Both the position numbers and the translations under genes were made by a program. Positions 35,102 through 48,400 of a DNA stretch of 64,000 nt are shown here, piece after piece; within the stretch, counting starts at the first letter, position 1, and the number at the start of each line of letters is the position of its first letter. The stretch covers positions 250,728,001-250,792,000 of the forward strand of contig NC_091473.1 of assembly GCF_036971445.1 (NCBI RefSeq), given 5' to 3'. The DNA is from Narcine bancroftii. Taxonomy: Eukaryota. Below the pieces are notes generated by a model. That model searched no databases, was not told where the DNA came from, and saw only the letters and a program-made list of their open reading frames with translations.

Positions 35102-38100
35102 TGTACACATGAATGTATCTGTATTTAGAGGAAAATATATAGAGTATAGACAAGAATTAATAAGGGAGGGAAAGGGAATAGAGGGAATAAGGAGGGAATT
35201 AAAAGAGTGACCTTTGTTACATATTAAAATTGAAATCTTTTCCGGGGGGGCTGGGTGGGGAGGAGTTACGGTCACTACAAAATCAGTTGACGTTTACAAG
35301 TGAATTCGCAAATCCAAATGGAGAGGGGGGATGTGGTTGCCCGACAAGGGATAAAGGGCAACTCAGGAGGGGGAGGGGAGAATGGGGTTAAAGAAGTTCT
35401 AAATAGGAGAATAAGGAAAATGTTTGATGTTTTAGAAATGTTGTCTTATAAAGTGTTCAAAACAAGAAAGCAGAAATGGATAAGAAGGAAAGGTGATGAT
35501 GGAGAAACGGGAAGGAAAGATAAACAAAGTATGAAATGGCTATGTTGAACAATATGACTTTAAATATTAATGAAATAGAGAACCAAATCAAAAGGAAGAA
35601 ACTGCTAAATTTACTGAAAAAAGAAAAAATTGATATAGCATTTATACAAGAAACACACTTAACTGAAGTGGAGCACAAGAAATTAAAGAGAGATTGGATA
35701 GGACATGGAACAGCAGCGTCATATAATTCAAAAGCTAGAGGAGTAGCTATATTAATCAGTAAAAATGTACCAATCAAAATAGAAGAGGAAATAATAGATC
35801 CAGCAGGGAGATATGTAATGATAAAATGTCAGATATATTCGGAGTTTTGGAATTTACTCAATGTATATTCACCTAACGAAGAAGATCAAAAATTTATGCA
35901 AGATATTTTTTTGAAGATAGCAGACATGCAAGGGAACATACTAATAGGAGGGGATTTCAACCTTAATTTGGATTCAAACATGGATAAAACTGGGAAAAAA
36001 AATGAACAGAAAGAACAAAGTAACCAAATTTATAATTAAATCGATGCAAGAAATGCAACTTTTGGATATATGGAGGAAACAACACCCAAAGGAAAAGGAA
36101 TATTCATATTATTCGGGTAGACGTAAAACATACTCAAGAATAGACCTATTCCTGTTATCAGCTCGCATGCAAGACAGAGTTAGGAAAACAGAATATAAAG
36201 CTAGACTATTATCGGACGACTCACCCCTAATATTGACAATAGAGTTAGAGGACATCCCTCCAAGAATGTATAGATGGAGATTAAACTCCATGCTACTCAA
36301 AAGGCAGGATTTTAGAGAATTCATTGAAAGACAAATTAAAATGTATTTTGAAATAAATACGGAATCAGTGAAAGATAAGTTTATACTATGGGATGCAATG
36401 AAAGCGTTCATTAGAGGGCAAATAATAAGTTATGTAACCAAGATGAAGAAGGACTATAATCAGGAAACAGAGCAGTTGGAAAGGGAAATAGTAAATATAG
36501 AAAAAGAATTAGCAATGAAGGAAGACACAATTAAAAGAAGAGAATTGGCAGATAAAAAAATAAAATATGAAACACTACAATCATATAAGGTGGAGAAGAA
36601 CATAATGAAGACAAAACAGAAATATTATGAACTAGGGGAAAAAATGCACAAAATTCTAGCGTGGCAGCTTAAGACAGAACAAGCTAAGAAAATGGTATTG
36701 GCATCAAGGAAAAAGGACAAACAAATCACATATAATCCAAAGGAGATCAAGGAAAACTTTAGAGAATTCTATGAACAATTATACCAAACTGAAAATAAAG
36801 GGAAAGAAGGGAAAATAGATGAATTTTTAACTAAAATTGAACTACCAAAATTACAAATAGAGGAACAAAATAAATTAACAGAACCATTTGAAATAGTAGA
36901 AATACAAGAGATAATAAAAAAAATTACCAAATAATAAAACACCAGGAGAGGATGGATTCCCAATAGAATTCTATAAAAAATTTAAAGATTTATTAATTCC
37001 TCCCCTCCTAGAAGTAATCAACCAGATTGATAAAACACAAAGCTTACCAGATTCATGTAAAACAGCAATAATTACAGTAATACTAAAGCAAGGGAAAGAT
37101 CCACTTGCACCAGCGTCATATAGACCAATATCATTACTTAACACAGATTATAAGATAATAGCTAAACTATTAGCAAACAGATTAGCAGAGTATGTACCGA
37201 AAATGATAAATCTAGACCAAACTGGATTTATTAAAAAAAGACGCACAACAGACAATATTTGTAAATTTATTAACTTAATTCATGCAGTAGAAGGGAGTAA
37301 AGCACCAACAGTAGCAGTTGCTTTAGACGCAGAGAAGGCCTTTGACAGAGTAGAATGGAATTATTTATTCAAAGTATTGCAAAAATTCAGTTTACCAGAG
37401 AAGTATATTAATTGGATTAAAGCATTATATAAGGGGCCATTGGCGAAAGTGACAGTAAATGGATATAAAGCAATTTAACTTAAGCAGGTCAACACAGCAG
37501 GGATGCCCACTATCACCCTTATTGTTCGCGTTAGCTATAGAACCACTAGCAGAATTGATAAGAACAGAAAATAATATAAAAGGGATAAAAATAAAAGAAA
37601 AGGAATATAAAATCAGTTTATTTGCAGATGATGTTATAGTATACTTAACAGAACCAGAACTATCAATAAAAGAATTATATAAAAAATTGAAGGAATATGG
37701 AGAAGTGTCGGGTTACAAGATTAATGTAAATAAAAGTGAAGCAATGCCAATGAATAATGCGGATTTCTCAAAATTTAAGAAGGAATCACCATTCAGATGG
37801 CAAATGCAAGCAATAAGATACCTAGGTATACAAATAAATAAAAATCTCAGCCATCTATATAAACTCAATTATTATCCACTAATGAAAAAATTACAGGATG
37901 ATTTAGAGCATTGGAAAGATTTACCATTAACACTAATAGGAAGGATAAACTGTATTGAAATGAACATTTTCCCAAGGATATTATACCCATTTCAGGCATT
38001 AACAATACACTTGACAGAGAAATTCTTCAAGGAGTTAAAGAAAATAATAAAGAAATTTTTATGGAAAGGGGGGAAACCGAGGATAGCACTAGATAAATTA

Positions 38101-39784
38101 ACAGAATGGTATAAACAAGGAGGCTTACAACTGCAAAACTTTAAAAATTATTATAGAGCCGCACAATTAAGATACCTATCAGATTTTTATCAAACAAGGG
38201 AAAAGCCAGATTGGACGAGATTAGAATTAAATAAAATAGGGGAGAAGATACCTGAACATATATTATATAAATGGGATGAAAAATTGGTACAACGTAGGAG
38301 TTCTCCAGTATTACATCATCTGCTCAATATTTGGAAGAAGATTCATGTAGAAAGGAATAAAACAAATTATCAATTACCAAAACTAATATTGACGCAAAAT
38401 AAGTTACTCCCTTTTACAATAGATAACCTTTCCTTTAGAGAATGGGAGAAAAAAGGGATCAAAAGAATAGAAAATTGTTTTTCAGGAAATAGATTATTAT
38501 CCTTTGAACAAATGAAAGGTAAATACAATATAACTCAAGATACAGTGCTGGCATATTACCAATTGAGATTCTACTTGAAGGACAAATTAGGAAGCAGTCT
38601 GAGTTTACCAGAGGGAAGTAATTTTGAATGTGTGATTACAGATACAATGACAATCAAAAGATTTATAACAAATATGTATGTTAAACTGCAAGAAAAGGAG
38701 AATGTGGAAACAAATGGTAAAACTAAACAAAAATGGGAACAAGATTTAAATATAAAGATAAAAAAGGAAACATGGGAGAAGTTATGTTCTGGAATGATGA
38801 GAAATACAATAAATACGAGGTTGCGTATGATACAATATAACTGGATACACAGGCTGTACATTACACCTCAAAAGTTAAATAAATGGGACCCAAAAGTATC
38901 TGATAGATGTTTTCGATGTAAAAAAGAAATGGGAACAACAATTAGAAAACAATATACCAAAAAATCCAGAGATCTTCCTCCTAAGTAACATAAAAAACAA
39001 AGAATTTGGAATTGATTTGGATGGTGCACAAAAAAAGATTTGTTAAGATAGCTCTAGCTGTAGCAAAAAAATGTATTATGTCAACCTGGAAATTGGAAGA
39101 TAATTTGAAAATACAACAATGGTATATAGAAATGAATAAATGTATTCCATTAGAAAAAATAACATATAGTTTAAGAAATAATATTGAAATATTTGAACAA
39201 ATATGGGAGCCTTACGTGAAACACAATAGAGAAAACCTATCGGGGACTTTCACTACCTAAATTAACGAAAGGAGAAGGAAATGAAAAGAATTGACTCAGT
39301 GGAATTTCTTGTTTATTTTTATTGAATGACAACATTGTTTGACTGGTTTAAAAGTATCCTAGATTTTGTACTTTAAATGGATGGGGGGGAGGTAAGGAGG
39401 GTGGGATGGGAGGAGGGAGGGGGGTAGAAAATGGCACTGTATATATTTGAAAAGGAAAAAGTATGTATCCTGGTCAATGTGGTTTATGGTGTGAAAAATT
39501 AAAAATTTTTTAAAAAGAGAGCCAAGGTGAAGGTGGACTGCTGAGAGAGAGGGAGACAGACTGAGCACGTGCAGAAAAAACAATAAACCACCACTGGGTG
39601 GTGCTGTGGAGTGGAAGAAGGCCCAGAGCATGAGTAATGGTCTGGTGGACAGTTTAGAATGTTGAGCATTTCAAAAAGGATGAACATTCTGAAGGCAGCC
39701 AGAAGGATCCGTACTAAGCCAGTGGTTCCTCTCACTGCAAGCAACACAAGAAGACAACTTCGAATTTTGTGCTCTCTCTCTCTC

Positions 39785-39845
<61 letters not shown>

Positions 39846-42800
39846 GATCTTTTGGCTTCAGTTTACCAAACAAACTGAATTTTGTTTATGATATTTGCTT
39901 CGGTTCAGATCGAAGTTTTGTAAGTCTTGTGTGTTTTTTGCTTGTTTTGTGTCTATGTTTTTCTGTGGGCTGGTTGGAAGTGTAGCTTAGACTTTGATTA
40001 CATATGTTATATTTCAGCTGGGGAATTTATTAGTTTTACCCTGTTATAGAGATTTGTATAGTGATCAGTGAGCATTGTTATAAAAGTGGGAATTTGAATT
40101 AAAGTTTGAAGGTGAATTTTTTTGTTAATAAAGTAATTTTTCATTTTTACCCCTGTGTGATATGCCTTCTTTGTGATTGCTGGTTTGATCTTGTAACACC
40201 TTCAATAAAAATGATTCTAATTCTATTTCTTTACCGTAAGATGTTGCTAGAAGATACTCAAAAAACATATAATCAATTGCTACTCACAAGCCACTTGCAA
40301 CTTGCAATTCATTTTATCCTTACAAGTGACTGCAGCAGATGCTCATCACTGCCTGTCCCCACTTTGGGACATCCTGAACTTGAAGAAGGCCTCAGGCAGG
40401 AAAACTCACTTACATATCTTTACCACCTATGGACGCTGCGAAACCCGCTGAGTTCCTCTGTGTTTTTAGTTCCGACATATGAGCAAGTGAGGGACTGTAC
40501 TGTGGTCATTCTTCCCAACCTTGCTTGTATTGTATTACTTTTGTAGCATGCAGATTCCTCTGCACACAAAGAGAATTTGTATCTGTCTTGTGTTAAGTTG
40601 GTTGTTCTCATTCGTTTACTGAAAGATTTTCCCCACACTTTCAGTTGCATTGTGGGCAAACGATACAGTAGGAGGAGCTGTGGGGGGATCGATCACAATC
40701 GATTGTCATTATGCAGCACTGTACCGCTTAAACACAAAATACTGGTGCCGTGTTTGGAATCAACGCTGTACGGTGTTAATACAAATAAGTGGGCCACCTA
40801 GTAAGCTCCGCAGATGATCCATCACAGATCATCCGGAACAAGGAATATTTACTGTTACCATAGAGGATCTTTGCTCTGAAGACACGGGCTGGTACAAATG
40901 TGGAATCACAACATCTGGCAGTGATCCAGTGCTCGAAATTCATCTAAAAGTATCTGAAAGTATGTATCTCATTGAACGCTATCATATCTCCACTGAAATA
41001 TCTGATCCATGTGGTCTCTGGGAAGGTTCAGACAGCCCCGATATCCTGATGCTCTGCAGCTGAGCAGAGTCGTGCGGGGAGCAGGAGGGTGCGGAATGCC
41101 CCCTCTTTGCTTCACCCAGCATGGGATCCGTCTCAGTGAATGATCACAGAGACTGACTGAGATGCTCAGCATATTTTCCTGACTCTGATCACCCTGACCG
41201 AGGTCTGCATTCAGACTCAAATGAACAAGGACAGATCAGCAAGTCACTCCTGATGCTTATGGTCAAGATTCCACTAAAATCAGAGGAAGGGGTTCAGTTC
41301 CCAAATCTCCACAGACTGTTACCACGTGTCAGTTCCTTAATTCTCAGAATGCCAGTCTGAGCTTTTGCCACTGACATCCCCCAATCCCTGCTAATCCCTG
41401 GCTACAGTTTGCATTCATGTTTCTACGGATTATATTGGATTGGCAGTCCCACCAATTGAGGCCTTGAACTGGCCCAGCAATGTTCCTGCTTCACCAGAGC
41501 TCAGAAATGGTAAGGAAACAGAAATCATCGGTATGTGATCATCCCAGGTCACCTTTGGCCAACCACATTTACCTTGACTATCCCAATACACATCTATACC
41601 AATCTTCATTGACCAGCAGTCAAACCATAAGCTTTCTTTGCCATGACAATTCTAGTGCTTACAATGTCCAGATTCCTCTCACATCGGGGTTAAAAATTCA
41701 TTTCTCAATTCCACCATGATCCTCCTGGCTGCTAATCTTACCCCCCTATGCCCTTCAGGTTTAAACAACCCTGAAATGTGAAAATTAATCCCTCTATTTT
41801 CCCTATCCATGCCTTAGAATTTTGTATATTGATATTAGATCCCTTGCCAGTTTCTTCCCCGGCTAGAAGTACAAACCTAGCTGACTCAGTATTTCCACGA
41901 TACTGAGAGTTTGACTGCAGGCAAAATCCTGGTATCTTCTTTTACATCCCCTCAAACAAAATCACATTGTTCCAACGATACAGTGTGACAGATTGTGTTT
42001 TGTTTGTACAATATACAGATATGTTTTGGGCGATAAAGTGTGGCAAGTTTTTTTACTGTAGGTCACATACAAACAGTTCAAAACAGATCTCATTTAAAAT
42101 ACTGGAGCTCTGCTCAAGCCAGACATTCCGGTCCCGAAGGCCTTTGCAAAAGCTTTGGGGAGTGTCCAAGGGAATCACTAATAGATTGTTGTTTTGAAAA
42201 GCAACAGATGAAAGAACTCGGAGTAAGTTTGGAGCCTCATTCTGTCTGAGTGCAGGTTGCTGTTCTAAGAGAGTGATGTAGGTTTGCAAGCAGAGAGAGT
42301 AAAACAGGCTTTTCTCTGAGAGAGAGACAGCGAGGGAGAGAATTCAGTTCTAAAATTCTACAGTTCCGCAGCAGCAGCTGGGACTGGAACAGGACAAGCT
42401 GACAAGCTTGTGGATAAACCCCATTCTGAAGACGTGTTGTGAGTGCTTAGTTCAACCTGGTCAAAGCCCTTGTGGTCCATAGAAGAGGAGAGGACTGGCT
42501 GCCTAATGTTTTGAAATAAGAGAAACAAAAAGGAAGTCTGTGATGACCTGAAAGAAAGAGGAAAGTCCTGATAGCCAAGTTTCTTCGGCAAGACAATGAT
42601 GTGGCTGATTAAAAGGGATCAGTTTGTGTCCAGTGAACAACAAATCTCTCTCCATGAAAACCAACAAGAACCTTCCTGAATGGTAACCACTTACCTTTCA
42701 AACACCAAAGCCTGGTGAACTTCATAAATGTTAAATTTTGTGCCCAGTTAATGAATTGCCTGTAACCAGTAAACTTTCAGGTATAAGAAGTGAGATTGGA

Positions 42801-45412
42801 CTGTGAATTAAAGAACTTTTCTAAAATTGTAAACACATTGAATACACGTGTGCTAGGAATTAGAAGGGGGTTAATTTATGTTTGTTAATTAATAGTAATA
42901 CATTAAGGTTGATCCTATTTTCATATTTAAAAATAATTAAAAACAACTTTTGTTTAAGTAACAATTTGTCTTGGTGAATATCTATTGCTACTGGGTTTTG
43001 GGTCCTCTGGGCTCGTAACAATGGTGACTAGAAGCGTGAATGGTCAGATTCTCATAGCAACATCTCTTGTGCATTGTAAACGGCAGCCAATTACACTGAA
43101 CACATCTCACTATGAAAGCAATCAGCTCTTACTTAAAACAAGAGCTTCTATAGGACCTCTTTTCTCACCAGCTGCTAGCAGAAACTGAACTTCATTTCTT
43201 TGTCTCAATAGGACTTGAATATGTTTGTCACAGATATACAACAGCATCTACTTCAACGGTGAATTCTGAACATCATAAGATAAGTTCCAACAGTTCTCTG
43301 AGGTAAACTGATCAATCTATTTCCAACAAAAAGTATGATACTCTCAGTGCTGATCTTTTTAATGTTACGGCTCCAAGGTAGAACCAGGTGGGGGATGAAT
43401 TTGTCTTTACTTCAATAGCTTTAACTGCCATTTAGAGTATTGATTGATGGTACAGTAGCTCTGTGAATAGAGAAGTGGCCTCGCAATGCCAGAGACTCCG
43501 TTCACTTTGGTCCTTGGGGTTGTCTGGATGATGTTTGCATATTTTTCCTTTGTGTCGGTTTTCTCTGGGTGCGGCAGCTTCCCCCCTCCCACCCATCCCC
43601 ACTCCTTTGATGTACGAGTTGGTAGACAAGTGTTTTCTTTGGCTTGGCTTCGCGGACGAAGATTTATGGAGGGGGTAAAAAGTCCACGTCAGCTGCAGGC
43701 TCGTTTGTGGCTGACAAGTCCGATGCGGGACAGGCAGACACGATTGCAGCGGTTGCAAGGGAAAATTGGTTGGTTGGGGTTGGGTGTTGGGTTTTTCCTC
43801 CTTTGCCTTTTGTCAGTGAGGTGGGCTCTGCGGTCTTCTTCAAAGGAGGTTGCTGCCCGCCAAACTGTGAGGCGCCAAGATGCACGGTTTGAGGCGTTAT
43901 CAGCCCACTGGCGGTGGTCAATGTGGCAGGCACCAAGAGATTTCTTTAGGCAGTCCTTGTACCTTTTCTTTGGTGCACCTCTGTCACGGTGGCCAGTGGA
44001 GAGCTCGCCATATAACACGATCTTGGGAAGGCGATGGTCCTCCATTCTGGAGACGTGACCCATCCAGCGCAGCTGGATCTTCAGCAGCGTGGACTCGATG
44101 CTGTCGACAAGTGTAAATTAGCCCTAGATAATAGTTAGGTGGTTGAATCTGGTGGGAAGGGGGATAGGATGTGGGGAAAATGAAAATGGGCAAACATTGG
44201 AGAAGTGTTGGAGTAACTATGCCCCAAATGGTATTATCATGGAAATAACCATTTCAGGTGTATGTGTTCCCTCTTTTTCCTTCTGAGATGCTTCTGTACA
44301 TCCCCTCTTCTCAACCCTACTTTTGTCCCCATTCGCACACTCCCCCTCCCAGACCTACACCCATTCTCACCCCTGCTCTCTTGTAGTTCCATCCACCCAC
44401 ATTTCACTGCAGGATTCACACCCCATCTCCTTTCCGTTCCATTCTGTTCAATGTGTCCTTCACCTGACCCCTCATGGCTCCAATTTGTCAGAACCCAGCA
44501 CTGGTGGCCTTTGTCTTCACATCACCCACTGTAGCCGTCCCTGCCTCTCCTTGAACTGGCTCATCTTCATTCACTTGACCACCCCCCCCCCTTTGTTTCC
44601 CCATGCCTCACTCTTTCTTTGCTTGGCACCTGCCAATGAATAACCTCCCCATCTGTTTGTCATCCTCTGCCCTTCCCTAGATCACCAATCCTTCACTGGC
44701 CCTGCCCAACCCTTCCCAGCCTGAACTCATTATGTCATCAATCTCCCCTCTGCACTCACAATCTTGAAGAAGGGTGCTGACCCAAAACAATGACCGTTCT
44801 CTTTTTTCTGATTCTGCTTGCTGCACTGAGCTCCTCCATGCTGATCGGGTCTTTTTCGCTCTAGAAATGTGTAAATGAGTGGTTGCAAACTTGGCAGGTC
44901 AAAGGGCCTGATCCCTATCTGTTTCTCTCCATGTCAATGATTCAACAAAACCAAATATTGGGGAGCTACACCTCATGCTCTTGTTCATGTTTCAGGTCCA
45001 GGGCCCAGAGACAAATTTCTGCTTTTAATATCCTTTAGTATCCTTGGCACTTCAATTTGAGAACACACCCTGAGATCATGAGAAGTGCCAAACTTTTGTT
45101 CCTTACTAAAGTCTAAGAATCCATTGTGTGACAGTATATAGAAATGTTTTTGGGAGATAAATTGGAAAAGTTTGTTAGACCACTTTAAAAACAGATCTTA
45201 TTTGAAATACTGGAGACATAGTGGCTTCTCACACCTTTTTAAAAAAGCTTTGAAGTGTGTTTAAAAGATGTCACTAGTGGATTATTATTTATCAAGGCAA
45301 CAGATGAAAAGAGCAGACTGGAGCAGCTATTGTCTGCAGGAGAGTTTTGCGGTTGTAAGAGGGTCATGTGGTTTCTCAAGTAGAGAGAGTCAAACAGGCT
45401 TTCTCTCAGTCT

Positions 45413-45464
<52 letters not shown>

Positions 45465-48400
45465 TCTCTGACAGTGTCAGTAGAAGTTGTTGGAACTGAA
45501 ACAGGACAAGCTGGCAAAGATTTGGAAGACAGCCTGGTTGAAGCCCTTGTGGTTTATGCAAGAGGAGGAGACTAACTATCTAATGTTTCACTTGAAATAA
45601 GAGACCTGTTGACCTGAAAGAAAGAGGTTATCATCTGCAGAACCCTGATGGGGCAAGTTTCGTCAGCAAGATACTGAGGTGACTGATGGAAATACATCAG
45701 TTGGGGATGTCCTGGAAAAACACATCTCTCTCTGAAAACCAACAAGAACCATCCTGAGTGGTAACCATTGACCTTTCAAGCACCAAAGCCTAGTGAACTT
45801 TATACATGTTAAATTCTGTGCACTGTGTAAGAATTGCCTGCAACCAGTGAACTTGGAGGAATGAGAAGTGAGATTGGACTGTGAACCAAAGAACCTTTCT
45901 GAACTTACACACACATTACACACATCTGCGCTTAGAATTAAAAGGGGGTTAAGTTAGGTTAAGTAAGTCAATAGAGATAAGTTAAAGTGTAATTATGTTT
46001 TCATGTTTAAAGATAATTATAATCAACTTTTGTTTACGTAACCATTTGTCTTGGTGAAAATCTATTGCTGCTGGGTTTTGGGGTCCTCTGGGCTCGTAAC
46101 AATTGGAAGCAGGACTGACCCTTTTCTATTCTCAACACCACAGATCCAAGGAAATAATTGTGCTCAGTGCCACTGGCGTTCTTCTCACTGTGCTTATCAT
46201 TTTCCTTCTTTTCTGGATAAAGTGTACAAACAGGGGTGAGTTTGTGTTTTCCTTTAATCATCCGAAGATAGAAGTGAATTTTGATAGTGGACATGAAGAG
46301 ATGTTATTTGGCTCTAATCAGCAAAAAGCCAACATTATTAGTACTGATTTTTTATTTTGAGATACTGAATAGTCATAGGCCCTTCTGGCCCATGAGCCTG
46401 TGCCACCCCAATGCACCGATTAACCTACAAACCCCGTATGTTTTTGGAGGGGGTGCGGGAGGAAACCAGAGCACCCAGGGGAATCCCATGGTAGATTCAT
46501 ACAGACGGTGCTGAATTCATACCTGAGTTGCTGGCGCTGCAATAGCATTGAGATGAATGCAAAGATAAACTAGTAACTAGGTTGATAAACAATCACACAC
46601 ACTACCTTCTCCCTGAGTCTGAGTGGGTTTCCTCCGAATGCTGCACTTTCCTCCCACGCTTCAAACATGTACAGGGGCTGCAGGTTAATTGGCTGGCATG
46701 GACTCGTGGGTTGGAAGGGCCTATAACCTTGCTGTAGGACTAAATTTTTTAAAATGTACATATTACAACTTCTATACATTGCTGAGAGGTACAAAAATAA
46801 AACAGGAAGAGTGGTGCAAGGAAGAGAAATGTGCAATGGCAAGAAATATCTAGTAGACTAAGGATAAGGAACAGTTTAAAATTCAAGATCTCTGTTTTTT
46901 CCGTAATTCTTTTTATAAAACTTGTGGTTAGTTTCCCCACCCCTCCCCTTCCCCGAACCGGTAGAACTCAAAATGAGGCACAATGAATTTATTTCTGATT
47001 GGCTACTTCATTAAGGATTCTGTGAGGTTGATTCTCAGGCTCTAGGAATTTATTGGCTTTCAATCCCATCAAGTTTACAAGCATTATTCATGCAATAAAA
47101 GTCCCAAAATCCAGATGCTAGAGATCTGGGCCACCCCAGAATCTGCATCNNNNNNNNNNNNNNNNNNNNNNNNNNNNNNNNNNNNNNNNNNNNNNNNNNN
47201 NNNNNNNNNNNNNNNNNNNNNNNNNNNNNNNNNNNNNNNNNNNNNNNNNNNNNNNNNNNNNNNNNNNNNNNNNNNNNNNNNNNNNNNNNNNNNNNNNNNN
47301 NNNNNNNNNNNNNNNNNNNNNNNNNNNNNNNNNCACAGATGAACAGAAGTCGCAGAAATGAACGTTTAAATATTTATTTGGGTTTTTTTATACTATGCAT
47401 TTTATATGGAAAAATAGTTCCATTAATAAATTATCAAAATGTTCCTGTTCATCTCTTCTTTATTCTCCTTAAATTAGAATTTTAAAAGTACTGCCGAGAA
47501 TTTGGAAAATCCAAAAATCTGGACCGACTCAATTCCCGAGCTGTCCGGAGTTTACCGTATTGATTACTTACTTCCTCCCTCTCGATGGGTCCTGTTTTTC
47601 TTTTTCCTGCCATTTAATTTAATCTTTCATTTTAGATATTCAGCACAGTGACAGCCTCTTCCATCCCACAAGCCCATGCCCCCCCCCCCCCACAAATATT
47701 CCAATTAACCTACAAACTCTATGCATCTGAACACTGTAGCATCCGGAAGAGACCCTCGCAGGCACGGGGAGAATGTACAAACTCTTTACAGACAGCAGCA
47801 GATTCAAACCAGGGTCGCTGGTGCTGGAATAGGGATTGTGCTAACTACGCCAATTTATCTTGGTATACAAGGCGTGGAAGGATAATGACACGTCCCTAAA
47901 CTTCAAAAGACGAAAACTGAACTTGAGAATGGAGTAGCAGAGCAGTCTGAGAAATAAAGAGTTAAATGGAAGTGAGAGTTGGATGGTCTTGGAATAAACT
48001 TTGGGGAATTAGCTGTGTTATTTGAAAGTGTTGAGGTTTCACTGAGCAGATTCAAGTACAGCTGCATTTGTAGTCATTACTCTGGGGAATGAGATCCTAA
48101 CCTGTGTTGTTAATACACCCACTCTACCACTGCAGCAGTTCGTTCCACAAGCCACCATCTTCTGTGTCAAATATAAGTGCTCCTCAGATCCCTTTTAAAT
48201 CTTTCCTCTCCCAATTTAAATGTAAGCGTTCTAGTTTTAGATTCCACAGCCCTTGTGAAAAACAATGTCATTATTTAGTTCACCTCTGCCCTTCATGATG
48301 TAATGCACTTTTGAAATGATTCCTTTCTCCCCCAGCCCTCAGTATCATATTTTTGCCTTTCTGGTTTCCTTCTTAAATGTTTTCTTACATTTTTACATAC

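Larger units (their letters stand above)
24799..44690 (+). repeat. Segmental duplication copy 2 (ectodomain block, expanded by L1, RTE and an extra leader region)
   Basis: Duplicated ORFs in the track at offsets 24798/24848, later about 30200. Confidence 0.9.

Noticed and set aside
40378-40410. Penelope-type minimal hammerhead ribozyme motifs (also ~10170, ~44763)
   Set aside because: The catalytic core CTGANGA/GAAA and the stems are degenerate, so activity cannot be supported.
1-44690. Duplication as a purely haplotypic assembly artefact
   Set aside because: The copies differ by several TE events with TSDs, show region-dependent divergence and end in entirely different TM/tail exons. Not formally excluded without reads.
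47334-47361. Possible short alternative terminal exon after the gap (cacag|AT GAA CAG AAG TCG CAG AAA TGA)
   Set aside because: The polypyrimidine tract is hidden by Ns and there is no other support.
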